From Planctomycetota bacterium (GTDB lineage Bacteria > Planctomycetota > UBA1135 > GCA-002748355): 64,000 nt of DNA. Shown one piece after another: positions 54,389-62,589 of the stretch (its first letter is position 1; each line of letters begins with the position of its first letter). A program made the translations under genes and the position numbers. Under the pieces are notes generated by a model. That model worked only from the letters and a program-made list of their open reading frames with translations, did no database searches and was not told the origin of the DNA. The stretch is taken from positions 218,023 through 282,022 of the forward strand of contig JACKHW010000005.1 in NCBI GenBank assembly GCA_020638795.1. Direction: 5' to 3'.

Positions 54389-55653
54389 GCGCGCAACCCG
54401 GAGCCTCGGCCGGATTCGTCAGCCATCTCGAGTGTGGCTGGACTGGTGAGCGCCACGACAAGGGCGTCGTTCACGGATTGTCGAATGCCGGCAAACCGCT
54501 CCTCGTACGCTACGACCTCGAAGCACTCGGTCGAGCACTCACGCAAGAGGCACTGCGCTCGAGACCATTCGATGGCCGTGATCGTGGATTCTGGCGCTAC
54601 CGAGAGTTCTTGCCGGTCGAGAACACGCAACACGAACTGCATCTCGGGGAAGTCGTCACACCGCTGATCGACGTCTCGCCACCCGGCGCGCCAGCCGGCA
54701 CCCTGTGGATCAAGGACGAGGGCCGACTCCCCACCGCGTCGTTCAAATCGCGAGGACTCGCACTCGCCGTCGCGATGGCCAAACAACTCGGCGCCCACCA
54801 TCTCGCGATGCCGACCAACGGCAACGCCGGTGCTGCGCTCGCAGCCTATGCGCGTCGAGCCGGGCTCGCCGCAACGGTGCTCTGTCCTGCGGACACGCCC
54901 GAGATCAACGTTCGTGAAATCGCGGCTCTCGGAGCCGACGTCTTTCGCGTCGACGGCCTGATCGACGAGTGCGGTGCGATCGTTCGCCGAGTGTGCGCGG
55001 AACAAAGGTGGTTCGACGTCTCGACGCTCAAGGAGCCCTACCGTATCGAAGGCAAGAAGACGATGGGGCTCGAGTTGTGGGAGCAAACCGGTGGCGCGCT
55101 TCCGGACGTCATCCTCTACCCGACCGGCGGCGGAACGGGCTTGATCGGGATGTGGAAGGCATTCGACGAACTCGAACGTCTCGGCTGGTTGCACGGCAAG
55201 AAGCCCCGCATGGTCGCGGTTCAGGCTTCGGGCTGTGCGCCGATCGTCAACGCGTTCGAAGAAGGCACCCGCTGCGCGACCCGCGTCCAGAACGCAACGA
55301 CCGTTGCCGCCGGGATCCGCGTGCCGGCGGCGATCGGCGACTTCCTCATCCTCGACGCCGTGCGCGAGAGCGGTGGCTTTGCCATCGCGGTCGATGATGA
55401 CCACATTCTGCAGTGCCGTGAACGCATCGCGCTGCAATCGGGAAATCTGCTCTGCCCCGAAGGCGCCGCCACGATCGCGGCCTACGAGGCCGCGCTGCAG
55501 GACGGCAGAATCGACGAACGCGAGGTCTGTGTCGCATTCAACTGCGCCAGCGGCATCAAGTACGAGCTCCCGGCCGTGACTCGCCACCTCGACAAGGAGC
55601 AGTCCTTGGCAAAGGGCCGTCTCGTCGTGGACATCGATCGATCGATTCGGTAG
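54385..55653 (+). CDS. thrC: Threonine synthase-like PLP-dependent enzyme
   Basis: 422 aa. The PLP-lysine block is PTASFKSRGLALAV. Fold-type II blocks are MPTNGNAGAALAAYA and YPTGGGTGLIGMWKAF. The start is uncertain: TTG at 54385 overlaps the upstream TGA. Confidence 0.8.
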   Translation: MSAQPGASAGFVSHLECGWTGERHDKGVVHGLSNAGKPLLVRYDLEALGRALTQEALRSRPFDGRDRGFWRYREFLPVENTQHELHLGEVVTPLIDVSPPGAPAGTLWIKDEGRLPTASFKSRGLALAVAMAKQLGAHHLAMPTNGNAGAALAAYARRAGLAATVLCPADTPEINVREIAALGADVFRVDGLIDECGAIVRRVCAEQRWFDVSTLKEPYRIEGKKTMGLELWEQTGGALPDVILYPTGGGTGLIGMWKAFDELERLGWLHGKKPRMVAVQASGCAPIVNAFEEGTRCATRVQNATTVAAGIRVPAAIGDFLILDAVRESGGFAIAVDDDHILQCRERIALQSGNLLCPEGAATIAAYEAALQDGRIDEREVCVAFNCASGIKYELPAVTRHLDKEQSLAKGRLVVDIDRSIR

Positions 55654-55662
55654 ACCACGAGA

Positions 55663-56130
55663 GTGAAGCAAGGGCCGCTCGATCTGTCACAGCACTTCCT
55701 CGAGGAGGGCGTCGTCGATCTGTCCTCGAGCGAAAAGCAGACGGCGCTCGAAGAACTCTGCGCCATTACGTCGAAACACGCGCACGTGCGGGACCCCAAG
55801 GCGTTTTGCAAGGCGATCTTCGAGCGCGAGAAGCTGGTCTCGACGGGCATCGGTCTCGGCGTCGCCATCCCGCACGTCAAGATCCCGAGCGTGACCGACT
55901 ACGTGATCACGGTCGGCCGGTGCGACGCCGGCATCGACTTCGATGCGATCGACGGCCAACCGGTTCGGCTCGTCTTCATGATCGCGGCGTCGGAGAAGCA
56001 GACCGCGGAGTTCGTTCGCGTGCTCGCATCGATCGTCAAACTCGTCAAGCAAAACGACGTTCGCTCGCGCCTGCTCGAAGCTTCGATGCCCGGTGAATTC
56101 TGTTCGATCCTCCGCGAAGCAAGTCGATGA
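55663..56130 (+). CDS. PTS EIIA type-2 (PtsN/EIIA-Ntr-like) domain protein
   Basis: 155 aa with a GTG start. The phospho-His loop is STGIGLGVAIPHVK. Typical flanks are EELCAITSKH... and RLVFMIAAS. Confidence 0.85.
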   Translation: MKQGPLDLSQHFLEEGVVDLSSSEKQTALEELCAITSKHAHVRDPKAFCKAIFEREKLVSTGIGLGVAIPHVKIPSVTDYVITVGRCDAGIDFDAIDGQPVRLVFMIAASEKQTAEFVRVLASIVKLVKQNDVRSRLLEASMPGEFCSILREASR

Positions 56131-57857
56131 ACGCGAGGACTCTCGTCGATCACATTCGCTCGTCGGCAGCCACGGGAAGGCTCCTGATCCTGTGCGTGAT
56201 CATCGGCGCGATCGCAGGCGTCTTCTGCGTTGCGTTCTCGTGGATGCTCGAGACGGTGCAGTACTACCTCCTCGACGGGTTGGCCCACCACGAGTCCGAG
56301 CACCCGGTGTGGATCTGGCTCCTCGTGCTGCCTGCTTTCGGCGGTCTCGTCAGTGGTGTCCTCACGACGAAATACGCGCCGGAAGCAGCCGGTCCGGGCA
56401 CGGACGCTGCCGTCGACGCCTACCACCATCACGGTGGACGCGTGCGCACGCGCGTGCCGTTCATCAAGATGATCACAGCCGCGGTCACGCTGGGCACCGG
56501 TGGTTCGGCCGGACGCGAGGGCCCGTTGACCCAGATCGGTGGCGGGATCGGATCGTTCGTCGCGACAGGACTGCGACTCTCCAATCAAGAGCGCCGCATC
56601 CTGATGGCTGCAGGGATGGCTGCCGGTGTCGGCGCGATGTTCCACGCGCCGCTCGCCGGAGCGTTGTTCGCGGCGGAGATCCTCTATCGCGAGATGGACC
56701 TGGAGCACGAGGTGATCGTGCCATCGTTCATCGCCTCGATCATCGCGTACAGCATCTACGCGCAGAAGGCGGGTTGGGAGCCGGTCTACGCGGCGCCAAA
56801 CTTCCACTTCCGCAATGCGCTGCAGTTGCTGGCCTACGCGGCGCTCGCGATCGTGCTGGCGGGCAGTGCAACGATCTTCACGCGGCTCTGGCGCATCGTG
56901 CGCGACGCGTTCGTGCGTTTGCCCGTCCCCACGGCACTCAAGCCGGCCATCGGCGGACTGCTCGCCGGGTCGATCGGTGTCTTCGTGCCCGACGCGCTCG
57001 GTACCGGGCATCATCTCCTCGACGGGGCCTTCGCGAGTTCGTTCTCGATCGGCTTCTTGATCCTGCTCGTCACGGCGAAGATGGTCACGACTTCGCTCAC
57101 GATCGGAAGCGGCGCTTCGGGTGGCAAACTCGGCCCCTCGCTAGTACTCGGTGGATCGCTCGGCAGCATCGTCGGTCTCGTGGTGCAAGACCTCTTCCCG
57201 TCACTCGAGATCGACGCCGGCGCGTTCGTCGTCGTCGGCATGGCGGGGTTCTTCGCAGCCGCGGCCAACACTCCCATCTCGACGATCATCATGGTCAGCG
57301 AGTTGACGGGGAACTACCAACTCCTCGTGCCCTCGATGCTCGTCTGCGTGCTCGCGTACTTGTTCGTGTCTCGGCACGGCATCTACGACGCACAGCTGGT
57401 TTCACGACTCGAGGCACCGAGCAAGATGGGCAACATGCTCGGCGCCGTGCTCAAGACGATCGCGATTCGTGACGCGGCGAATCACACGCGTGACTTGATC
57501 GTCGTCCCCGAAGCGATGAGTCTGCGACAGATCATCGACCTCTACACGTCGAGCGATCAGCTCGCGTTTCCGATGGTCGACCCGGACGGCAAGCTCACGG
57601 GCATGATCGAAGGCCGCGACATCCGGCGCGCGATCGCCGAAGAAGGCGTCGCCGACCTCGTGGTCGCACGCGATCTCGCGCGGCCCCACGAAGTCATCGA
57701 CATCGAGTCGACCCTTCTCGACGCGGTCCAACGCATGACGCTGACCGGGCTCGAGGACTTGATCCTCGTCGAAGCCGAGGACCCGACGCGTCCGGTCGGC
57801 GTCCTCGAACACCAAGAGGTTCTCCACGCCTACGACCGCAAGCTGATGGAGAAGTGA
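56127..57857 (+). CDS. ClC family voltage-gated chloride channel/antiporter with C-terminal CBS pair
   Basis: 576 aa. Selectivity-filter blocks are GSAGREGP, GAMFHAPLAG and GSGASGGKLGPSL. CBS-like repeats lie at the C-terminus. Its ATG overlaps the upstream TGA (ATGA). Confidence 0.92.
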   Translation: MNARTLVDHIRSSAATGRLLILCVIIGAIAGVFCVAFSWMLETVQYYLLDGLAHHESEHPVWIWLLVLPAFGGLVSGVLTTKYAPEAAGPGTDAAVDAYHHHGGRVRTRVPFIKMITAAVTLGTGGSAGREGPLTQIGGGIGSFVATGLRLSNQERRILMAAGMAAGVGAMFHAPLAGALFAAEILYREMDLEHEVIVPSFIASIIAYSIYAQKAGWEPVYAAPNFHFRNALQLLAYAALAIVLAGSATIFTRLWRIVRDAFVRLPVPTALKPAIGGLLAGSIGVFVPDALGTGHHLLDGAFASSFSIGFLILLVTAKMVTTSLTIGSGASGGKLGPSLVLGGSLGSIVGLVVQDLFPSLEIDAGAFVVVGMAGFFAAAANTPISTIIMVSELTGNYQLLVPSMLVCVLAYLFVSRHGIYDAQLVSRLEAPSKMGNMLGAVLKTIAIRDAANHTRDLIVVPEAMSLRQIIDLYTSSDQLAFPMVDPDGKLTGMIEGRDIRRAIAEEGVADLVVARDLARPHEVIDIESTLLDAVQRMTLTGLEDLILVEAEDPTRPVGVLEHQEVLHAYDRKLMEK

Positions 57858-57860
57858 GCG

Positions 57861-60191
57861 CTATTTGATGCGGAACTTCGCCGTCAGTCGGCGCTGTTCA
57901 CCGTCGACTTCCCACGACCACGTAGCGCGGATCGTGCCCTTGAGCGGCTTGAGCGGATAGAACGATACGACGCCGGGCGCCGTGGTCTGACGAATCTTGC
58001 CGTTGTCGAGCATGATCAGGCCTTCGATGCGCTCATCGCGATCGGTGACGACGACGCACTTGTAGGACTGCCTGTTCCCCTGCACTCCGATGCCGAAGTG
58101 CATCGTCAGCGGGAAGCCGACTTCCTTGAGATCGCCGTGACCGTTCTTCTCGAGCAACGTCTTGAGCTCGGGCCCGAGGTCTTCGACAGCGACCGTACTC
58201 GGAATCCCGGAGTCCCCTTCCCCTGGATAGCACTTGTACCCCTGCGCGCTCTTCGAACTCGGAGATGCCAAGGCGCTGACGACGTTCATCACGAGGATGT
58301 CGCCTTCGGTATAGAGACCGATCGACTGAATGTAGTTGTTGATGATGGCGTCGCGATAGCCGGGGAGATCGAGCCAGCTCTTGAAGAGCTTCTTCGCGCT
58401 GCCGAGCTTGGCCTTCGTTTCGACGATGGCCATTTCGGCGAACATCGACCCCAAGTGCGTGCCACCGAGCGTCGGCTCCTGGCGATGTTCGAGCGCAGGG
58501 CCGCGTTGGTCCTTGTTGGCCGCGAGGTAGTCGGCGTGTTCCTTGCAACGCTTGGAGAGGTTGGCGCTCCACGTCACCGGCGTCGCATGCTCGGCGTTTC
58601 GGGCCTCGTTGAACGCCTTGAGCCAACGCTCGACCCCTCGACTGATCGCTGCGAGCGGCGGTGTGTCGTTGCGGATCGCTTTCATGACCGGACTCGCGCC
58701 GGTCCAGAAGTCCTCCCATTCCTTGTCGAGCTGTGCGATCGAGACGCTTTCGGTCTCCCCCCACTTCTCGCCGTACGCAACCGGACTGACGGGCTTGTCA
58801 CCGACCTTCATCGTGAGCGCGAGCCTGTCCATCTTGGTGAGAAGGGACGGGTCTCGCCGCATGACGTAGTCCGTGAAGGACCAGGCCTTGATGCGCTCCT
58901 CGTTGGTGAACTTCGCGGCATCGGCAAACGGGATCTGCGCAGCGGGCACGCCGCCCGTGTTGCGCCAAGCGAGTTCGAGATTGAGATCCTTCCAGACATC
59001 GAAGTCCGGAGACTGGTATTCGCGGTCCTCTTCGCTCGCGACCGTGCCCTGCTGCTTCATCAAGTCGACCGCGAAGAGCCGATTGTTGTTGAAGATCATT
59101 CCGACGAACGTGTGGCCGATGCCTTCCCGCAGACCGTCCGTGCGGAATCCCGCGTACATCTGCGCGACGTCACGCACCATCGCGTCGAGCAAGACCTTGC
59201 GACTACCTGTTGCGCCGATCTTGATCATCTTTCCGCTGGGGTCTTGGAGCCCACTCGTCGATGTGTGTTCGAGTTTCCACTCGAGATCACGAACCTGCTT
59301 CGCATTGGCTCTCAGGATCTGCTTGTACGTGTCCTTGGCCACGAAGTACGCGGCCTCCATGTGCCACTGCGAGAGATCGCGCGGAAACGTATCGGCCGGA
59401 AACGCTGCCTGGCATACGCGCAGCGCGCGCTCCGCCCAGACGATCCCCTCTTTGAGCGCCTCCGCCTCCTCCGGGTCCCCGCGCAGGACGAAGTGCTCGG
59501 ACTTGAAGGACACGTAGTCGACCTTCGCCGCATCGAGCAGAGGTTGCTTCGATTCCTCGGGCTGCACCTCGTAATCGATGCGCTCTTGGTCGGTGACCGC
59601 CTGCTCGATCTTCTTGGAGTTGTCGTAGAGCGTTTGCTCGAGATCCGTCCCCGTGACCGTGCCGATCTCGTGGTGATTCAGGGCGTCCTGGGCTTCTTTG
59701 TCGTCCTTGACCCAGCGCAGGACCATCCCGTAGTGGAAGAGCTTCTTGTCGGTGCGCTCGGCTTTCTCCCACTCCTTGGCCACGCGTTTGTGATTGGCGG
59801 CGAGCTTCTTCTTGAGCGCTTCGTAGGCCTTGAAGAGCGCGGACCCGTCGGCACTGGTGCCGGTGTCGGTCCGCGGATAGTCGAAGCCTCCCTTCGGCGC
59901 CCACGTCGTGCCCATTCGCACGTGCCCGAGGCCTTCGTGCGACGACTCGTGGTCGGCATCGTAGAGCTTGATCGCCTGCATCCAGATCAACTTGGCCTGG
60001 CGCGGGAAGCCCTTCTTGAACGCCTTCTCGGCAAAGTCACTCAGCAGGTCCGCCTGCTTCGTCTGGAACTTGGCTTCGTCGTCGTCGGCCTGAGGCGGGA
60101 GCGCATGCAGCCCCCCCACCAGAAGAAAGAGCGAGGCGCAGAGCAGGTGCGACCGGCGTGCGTTCCGGCCGCTTCGTGGAGTGGATACCAT
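57861..60191 (-). CDS. Secreted protein with a CAP/SCP-like domain and large uncharacterised N- and C-terminal regions
   Basis: ATG at 60191 gives a signal-like N-terminus, ...SHLLCASLFLLVGGLHALPP. The CAP-like region is WLKAFNEARNAEHATPVTWSANLSKRCKEHADYLAAN...GYRDAIINNYIQSIG. The product is visibly Lys-rich compared with its neighbours. Confidence 0.65.
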   Translation of the reverse strand: MVSTPRSGRNARRSHLLCASLFLLVGGLHALPPQADDDEAKFQTKQADLLSDFAEKAFKKGFPRQAKLIWMQAIKLYDADHESSHEGLGHVRMGTTWAPKGGFDYPRTDTGTSADGSALFKAYEALKKKLAANHKRVAKEWEKAERTDKKLFHYGMVLRWVKDDKEAQDALNHHEIGTVTGTDLEQTLYDNSKKIEQAVTDQERIDYEVQPEESKQPLLDAAKVDYVSFKSEHFVLRGDPEEAEALKEGIVWAERALRVCQAAFPADTFPRDLSQWHMEAAYFVAKDTYKQILRANAKQVRDLEWKLEHTSTSGLQDPSGKMIKIGATGSRKVLLDAMVRDVAQMYAGFRTDGLREGIGHTFVGMIFNNNRLFAVDLMKQQGTVASEEDREYQSPDFDVWKDLNLELAWRNTGGVPAAQIPFADAAKFTNEERIKAWSFTDYVMRRDPSLLTKMDRLALTMKVGDKPVSPVAYGEKWGETESVSIAQLDKEWEDFWTGASPVMKAIRNDTPPLAAISRGVERWLKAFNEARNAEHATPVTWSANLSKRCKEHADYLAANKDQRGPALEHRQEPTLGGTHLGSMFAEMAIVETKAKLGSAKKLFKSWLDLPGYRDAIINNYIQSIGLYTEGDILVMNVVSALASPSSKSAQGYKCYPGEGDSGIPSTVAVEDLGPELKTLLEKNGHGDLKEVGFPLTMHFGIGVQGNRQSYKCVVVTDRDERIEGLIMLDNGKIRQTTAPGVVSFYPLKPLKGTIRATWSWEVDGEQRRLTAKFRIK

Positions 60192-60273
60192 GCCGCCGAG
60201 CTTAACCCCAGCTGCGAACTCGGACATGCGCCGAGCCTGCGATTTCGTCCGTCCGGGGCGACCCTATGCGACT

Positions 60274-61272
60274 TCACTGAATGCGGTGGACGATCCCCGA
60301 TCCGACCTGCACCGATCCCGTCGGGCTGGTCGTTCCCGTGAGGTCGTAGATCCGACCGTGCGGCAGGTAGCCGCCGAGGACGACTTCGTGCGCCTGCGTC
60401 GAATTCCAGGACGTCGCGGTGATGCCGACCCACTGACCGTAGACGACCGGCCCAGCCGTCGTGCGCGTGCCGAGCGGGATCGGATATGTCATGGACGCGC
60501 TTCCTGATGCATTGGTGACGACACCGAACACCAGCAGCGGATTGATGTAGAGCGGGCAATTCCCGAAGGGCAGCGGGACGGGCGTCGCGAGCTTCTGGAA
60601 ACCGAGCACGTGGGCCGCAACCCCACTGATCGGTCCCCCAGTCAGACTGAACGTCAAGGTCGACGACGCCGATGTCGACGTCCCACCCGACACGGATTGC
60701 GACGCCGTCACGCACGGGGTTCCCACGGCGGTCACGACTGCGGAGCGACTGAACTCCGTGTCCTGCGAAAGGGAGCCACTCACGGCCTGAGTCATCACGT
60801 ACTCGATGAGCAGATTGCCGGACAGGCGCGTGTAGACGAACGCCGTGTCCAGCTTGAAGACGATCGCGAACGGCTGAGGATTCATCGCCGTGAACGCCGG
60901 CGTGTTGATCATCTTCTTCGTGAACGCGACGACCTCGTTGGCACCTCGATTGGACGCGAACGTCGTCGAAGCGTTGAAGATGTCGTAGCGCGAGGACGAG
61001 AGCCGAATCTCGAGTTCGATCCCCGTCTTGGCACCGTAGGTGCCGTTCTCCTGGGCGCGAATCGCGAGTTCTCTGATCGACACGACGGGCTTGGCGAATT
61101 CCGATTCGTCGTAGAGGTATTGGATTCGCATCGGCGACGCGGACCCGAGCGGATAGGCCGTCGAACCGGACCCGGTGATGTTGAGGAAGCCATCGGGCAC
61201 GGTGTCTTGCGCAACGACGACTTGGCCCGCCGAGAGGGCGAACGCGAGAGCGGTGGGAAGGAGAGTTCTCAT
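60274..61272 (-). CDS. Secreted protein, full-length member of the local paralogue family
   Basis: The internal ATG at 61272 gives signal peptide MRTLLPTALAFALSAGQVVVA|QDT. The upstream 376 codons of the 708-aa track ORF are an off-frame read-through across the neighbouring gene. Confidence 0.75.
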   Translation of the reverse strand: MRTLLPTALAFALSAGQVVVAQDTVPDGFLNITGSGSTAYPLGSASPMRIQYLYDESEFAKPVVSIRELAIRAQENGTYGAKTGIELEIRLSSSRYDIFNASTTFASNRGANEVVAFTKKMINTPAFTAMNPQPFAIVFKLDTAFVYTRLSGNLLIEYVMTQAVSGSLSQDTEFSRSAVVTAVGTPCVTASQSVSGGTSTSASSTLTFSLTGGPISGVAAHVLGFQKLATPVPLPFGNCPLYINPLLVFGVVTNASGSASMTYPIPLGTRTTAGPVVYGQWVGITATSWNSTQAHEVVLGGYLPHGRIYDLTGTTSPTGSVQVGSGIVHRIQ

Positions 61273-61367
61273 TCGCGAGATTCTGTGTCCCGCGCACGTC
61301 GCTGCAAGCCCCCGAGAGCATGGGCCGGCCTCGGCCGGCTCGCATCCCTCTCGTCGCACGCCGTGCT

Positions 61368-62414
61368 TCAGGGCTTCAAGAAGTGCGTCACCGTCGAGTT
61401 GACCGTGTAGGGCCCGTACTGCGCGGTCGCACCATCTCGCGTCCAGTTGTACATGTAGTTCACGAGCCCCACGTTGCCGATCATCGACCACGTCGCGTTC
61501 GATGTGCCGAAACCGGATGCCTTGCTCGCGTCCGTGAACATCGCCTGCGCATGAATCGTGTACGTCGAACCCGCCGGAACGGGAACCGGTAGGGACACAC
61601 GACTCGCGGTCGTCGTCACGGGCGCCATGACGAACGTGAAGATCGGATCGACGTCGAGGGTACAACCCGTGAACCCGAGCGGGCCGAGATCGAATGGCAG
61701 ACGGATCGCGCCTGCGAAGAAGGCAGAATCGAAGCCCAAGAGCAGAATCGTCGGCGTCGACGCTTGCAGATTGTTCGCGGTGTACACGAGGCTCGAACTC
61801 GAAGTGTCGTAGCTGCTCGTGAGGCTCGCGGCCCCGCACGACGTGCCGGTCGTCCCATTCAACGGGACCGTACTCGTCTGATAGATGCCATCCATCGTCC
61901 TGGTGCCGAGCGTGCCGAAGCTGGTACTCGTCTGGATATCCCACTGAATGATCAAGTTGGGACCAGAGAAAATGAACGGTCGGTCGCCCGCGAACCACGT
62001 GCTGGATTGATTCGGTCCGACGGTATTGACCGCTGGCAGTGAGATCGTCTTCATCGTGAAGAACGTCGTGGGCGTCGCTCCGAGATTCTGTGCGAACGTC
62101 TGCGACATCGTGAAGCCAGCCGTCGAGCTCGCCATGACGATCTCGAGCTTGTGCTGCAAGGTGACCGCCGTGCGATTCTCCTTGAGTCCGAGGGACGTGA
62201 CGATGCCGGCGCGCAGGTTGGATCCATCGAACCAGCACTGGAAGAGGCAACGCGAACGGCCGAAGAAGATGTTGGCACCGGTCGGCGAATTCCCCACTCC
62301 GGTCAGGACTTTCGGCAACGTGCGAAGGTGCGGCGTCACCTGCGCATGCGCGGGCACGACGGCGAGCAGCGAGAAGCTGAGGACGAGAACGGACGTGCAA
62401 CGCATGGCTGTCAT
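61368..62414 (-). CDS. Secreted protein, divergent full-length member of the local paralogue family
   Basis: ATG at 62414 gives signal peptide MTAMRCTSVLVLSFSLLAVVPAHA|QVT. The module runs GTSCGA...GFTGCTLDVDP...LPVPVPAGSTYTIHAQAM. Confidence 0.7.
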   Translation of the reverse strand: MTAMRCTSVLVLSFSLLAVVPAHAQVTPHLRTLPKVLTGVGNSPTGANIFFGRSRCLFQCWFDGSNLRAGIVTSLGLKENRTAVTLQHKLEIVMASSTAGFTMSQTFAQNLGATPTTFFTMKTISLPAVNTVGPNQSSTWFAGDRPFIFSGPNLIIQWDIQTSTSFGTLGTRTMDGIYQTSTVPLNGTTGTSCGAASLTSSYDTSSSSLVYTANNLQASTPTILLLGFDSAFFAGAIRLPFDLGPLGFTGCTLDVDPIFTFVMAPVTTTASRVSLPVPVPAGSTYTIHAQAMFTDASKASGFGTSNATWSMIGNVGLVNYMYNWTRDGATAQYGPYTVNSTVTHFLKP

Positions 62415-62589
62415 GAAAACCTCGGTTCGAGTTGTTCGGTAGCTCGCGGATCGAAGCGGATGCCTGCTCTGAGTTCGCCTCGGATCCACTCGGGCCGCTT
62501 GCTGCGGATCATACGGAGGATCCGCAGAGCGTGCGGCGCACGGACACCCCATTTCGCCCTTCTCACGCGTTCCAGGACACGGAGCTACG

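Noticed and set aside
58098-60341. 747-aa + strand ORF
   Set aside because: It is antisense to the CAP-domain gene, with no recognisable motifs. The minus-strand product has a signal peptide and a CAP-like region.
61273-62400. N-terminal 376 codons of the 708-aa track ORF 60274..62400
   Set aside because: This part overlaps the neighbouring paralogue gene (61368..62414) in a different frame and is Arg/His-rich. The internal ATG at 61272 gives a clean signal peptide, so the long form is a read-through artefact.
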